Positions 22,490 to 24,684 of a stretch of DNA of 24,684 nucleotides are shown in pieces (position 1 is the stretch's first letter; each line of letters starts with the position of its first letter). Source of the DNA: Synechococcales cyanobacterium RM1_1_8. GTDB lineage: Bacteria > Cyanobacteriota > Cyanobacteriia > PCC-9006 > JAAUQQ01. Location: NCBI GenBank assembly GCA_012032745.1, contig JAAUQQ010000025.1:1-24684 (forward strand), read 5' to 3'. The notes below the pieces were generated by a model. It was not told the origin of the DNA, made no database searches, and worked only from the letters and a program-made list of their open reading frames with translations. Both the position numbers and the translations under genes were made by a program.

Positions 22490-24684
22490 ATGTTTTGGCT
22501 TACTTTTATCCAAACGTTGCCCGCGATCGCCCCCCCCCAGCCCATCGCCCAAGCCGCAACTCCAGATCCCGCATTGAGCCCCAACTCAACCCCCATCCCA
22601 AATGAATCATTGGCCTTACGACCCGTTGAAACCCAGGCCCTTGCCCAAGTTACCGCCCTGGAGCAAGTCGGCGGTCTGGGAGGCCCAGCCTTTGTTTTCC
22701 CTGGCATTGTGATTGCGCTGATCGTCCTGTTGTTGATGAGCATTTGGGGCTATACCAGGGTCTATGTAATCACCCCCAACAACGAAGCCTTTGTGCGCAC
22801 GGGGGGTGTGTTCATCAAGCGAAAAATGGTAATTCTCAATGGGGGCTGCATTGTCTTGCCCGGTTTCCATGAGCTGACCCGCGTTCCCCTGCGGGAGATT
22901 TCCATTGATGTGGAACGCACAGATAAGCTAGCGGTGCGCACCCAGGACTATCTGCGGGCCAACATGCGGGTCACGTTCTATGTCTGCATCAGTGCTTCGG
23001 AGGACGATGTATTGACCGCTGCGGCTCGCCTCTCCGCTGATGGCACAATCACACCGACCAACATCAAAAATGCGCTGGAAAAACGAGCCGATGATGCAAT
23101 TCGGGCTGCGGCAAAAACCAAGCGGTTGACCGAGATTGATTCCGACAAATTGGGCTTTGCCCAGGAGGTTTTGAACCTCATGGAGCAGGATTTGAAAAGG
23201 TGGGGCTGACGCTCAATAACATTGCCATTTCTGAAATCGAAGAAAGCAATAGCTATGATTCAGACAACTTTTTTGATGCCCAGGGCGTGCGGCTGCGTAC
23301 GGAGACGATTCAGAAGTCCATCCAGCAAAAACGTGAAGTGGAGCTGCTGACCCAAGTCAAGATCGAGACCCAGGAACTGGATGCGGAGCGTCAAACCCTG
23401 ACCATCACCAAGAACAAGGAAGAGGCACGCCTGGACCAGCAGCTAGAACTAGAATCACTCAAGGCCCAGCGGGGACGGGAGGTGCAAGAGGCCAAAGCCC
23501 GTGAATATGCCGCCGCAGAGCAGACCCGCATTCTCCAGGAAAAAGCGGTTGAGGAGGAAGAGATTCGCCGCAAGCTGAGCGTGCAGCAGAGTCAGATTGC
23601 AGCGGATATTAACCTGGAGGAGCGCCAAAAAGCCCTCAAGGTGGCCCAAGCCCTCCAGCGCCAGGAGTCGGAAGCGGCGGAGATCAATCGTCAACGCGCC
23701 ATTGAGGAAGCGGAGATCCAACGTCGGCTGTCGGTACAACAGGCCCAGGTGGATGCAGACATTGACTTGGAAGAGCGCCAGAAGCAGTTAAAAGTGGCCC
23801 AGGCCCTCCAGCAGCAGGAAGCAGAAGTGGCGGAAGTGGCTCGCAAGAAATCGGTGGAAGCGGCTCAGTTTGCTTCCCAGGTGGAGCTGGCCGAGGCAGA
23901 GCGAGCGTCGAAGGTGGCGAAGGAAGATGCCGCGATCGCCATCGCACAACGGGAGCGAGATCGCTTCAGCGCCGAAGCCGAACGTGCCCAAGCCCAGGAA
24001 GGAGTTGCCACTGCAACTTCTGTCGAGCAGGCCCAGCGCCAGTTACGCTTGGCAGCGATTGAGGCAGAGCGTGAGGCGGAGAGCCAGCGCATCGCCGACA
24101 ACAATGTGGTTGAGATCGAAGTCTTCCGCCGCCGTCGCCAAGCAGAAATCGCCCAGCAGGCCGCTGAGCTGGAGGCCGAAGCGCTGCGCACCCTGGCCAA
24201 TGCGGAGCGCGATCGCGCCCTGGCAGAAGCCGAAGGCATCCAAGCCAAGGTAATTGCCAGAAATGCGATTAGCAATGCCAACCTGAGTGCCGATGTGGTG
24301 ACCCAGATTTGGCCGGAGCTGTCCGAGAAACTGCCGGAAATGCTCAGAGCTTTGGCTCCCCAGCCGGGGGTGATTGGCGATGCCAGGGTTTATTCCTTTC
24401 CTGGGGTGAACGGGGGAAGCAATGGAGGAAGTAGCGGGGGAGGCGGCAATGGCTCGACTGGCCCAGGGGATATCAACAAACTATTGCTCTCGACCAGCGG
24501 TTTGGCCTTGATCAATTCCTTACTGGAAGAGGGCAAGCTGGGGGCGCTGCTGGGTCAGGTTGGCCAGATGGTGCGGGGAAACTCAGCGGCGGACGCGACA
24601 GGTTCAGTTGTTGGGCAAACTGACGACCGGACTGCAAAGCCAGTGGGGGAGACGATGAAGCTACCGGAATTGGAAGAGCTGTAA
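22490..24684 (+). pseudogene. flotillin / SPFH-domain protein (YqiK-like) split by a 1-nt frameshift at 23195-23200
   Basis: ORF 22490..23209 carries the TM segment and SPFH domain. ORF 23200..24684 carries the rest of the SPFH domain, a long EA-rich coiled coil and a Gly-rich tail. Adding one A to the A4 run gives ...EQDLKKVGLTLNNIAI... Confidence 0.85.

Noticed and set aside
23551-23856. Tandem 51-aa repeat in the flotillin coiled coil (EEEEIRRKLSVQQSQIAADINLEERQKALKVAQALQRQE... / EEAEIQRRLSVQQAQVDADIDLEERQKQLKVAQALQQQE...)
   Set aside because: The repeat is real but diverged. Internal EA-rich repeats are a normal feature of flotillin coiled-coil regions, so it is not evidence of a separate element.
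1-24684. Search for CRISPR arrays, tRNA/rRNA genes and riboswitch-like leaders (including the 340-nt metG-mtnA divergent intergenic region)
   Set aside because: I saw no regularly spaced repeat-spacer pattern, no cloverleaf-compatible segment and no rRNA-like conserved stretch. The metG-mtnA spacer shows only an extended HIP1 palindrome (GCGCGATCGCGC, 2825-2836) and a short TTTTGCAGC direct repeat, which is not enough to call a regulatory RNA.

Overview
Cyanobacterial chromosomal segment. It is G+C-rich, and I counted about thirty copies of the HIP1 octamer GCGATCGC by eye. Positions 1-10.3 kb carry ordinary core genes: an NYN/LabA-like protein, metG, mtnA, a CCB-like membrane protein, a TerB-like protein, txlA, a NIL-ferredoxin and an ABC-class ATPase. 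Positions 10.3-21.3 kb are an accessory patchwork of horizontally acquired DNA. (i) An AT-rich Type II restriction-modification cassette (m5C methyltransferase plus an unassigned PD-(D/E)XK nuclease) is bracketed by a ~250-bp direct duplication of the 3' end of the ABC-class ATPase gene. (ii) An IS1-like zinc-finger remnant follows. (iii) An HNH-less IscB relative (IsrB, an OMEGA RNA-guided nickase family) has a 332-nt highly structured upstream non-coding region that is a candidate omega-RNA, and no tnpA. (iv) An ABC-2 exporter pair follows. (v) A P-loop ATPase/PD-(D/E)XK fusion follows. (vi) A complete IS3-family element has 25-bp terminal inverted repeats. (vii) An Rpn-family nuclease follows. 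The right end carries a YqiJ/NfeD-like plus flotillin (YqiK-like) operon. Two copies of a ~150-bp hairpin-rich MITE-like element each sit exactly on the TAG stop codon of a minus-strand gene. Four ORFs are broken: the ABC-class ATPase, IS3 orfB and flotillin by 1-nt frameshifts at short homopolymers, and the NIL-ferredoxin by an in-frame TGA. This pattern could be sequencing error rather than biology. I saw no rRNA, tRNA or CRISPR array. The best candidates for a programmable or poorly described system are the IsrB/omega-RNA locus and the R-M cassette with its long target duplication.
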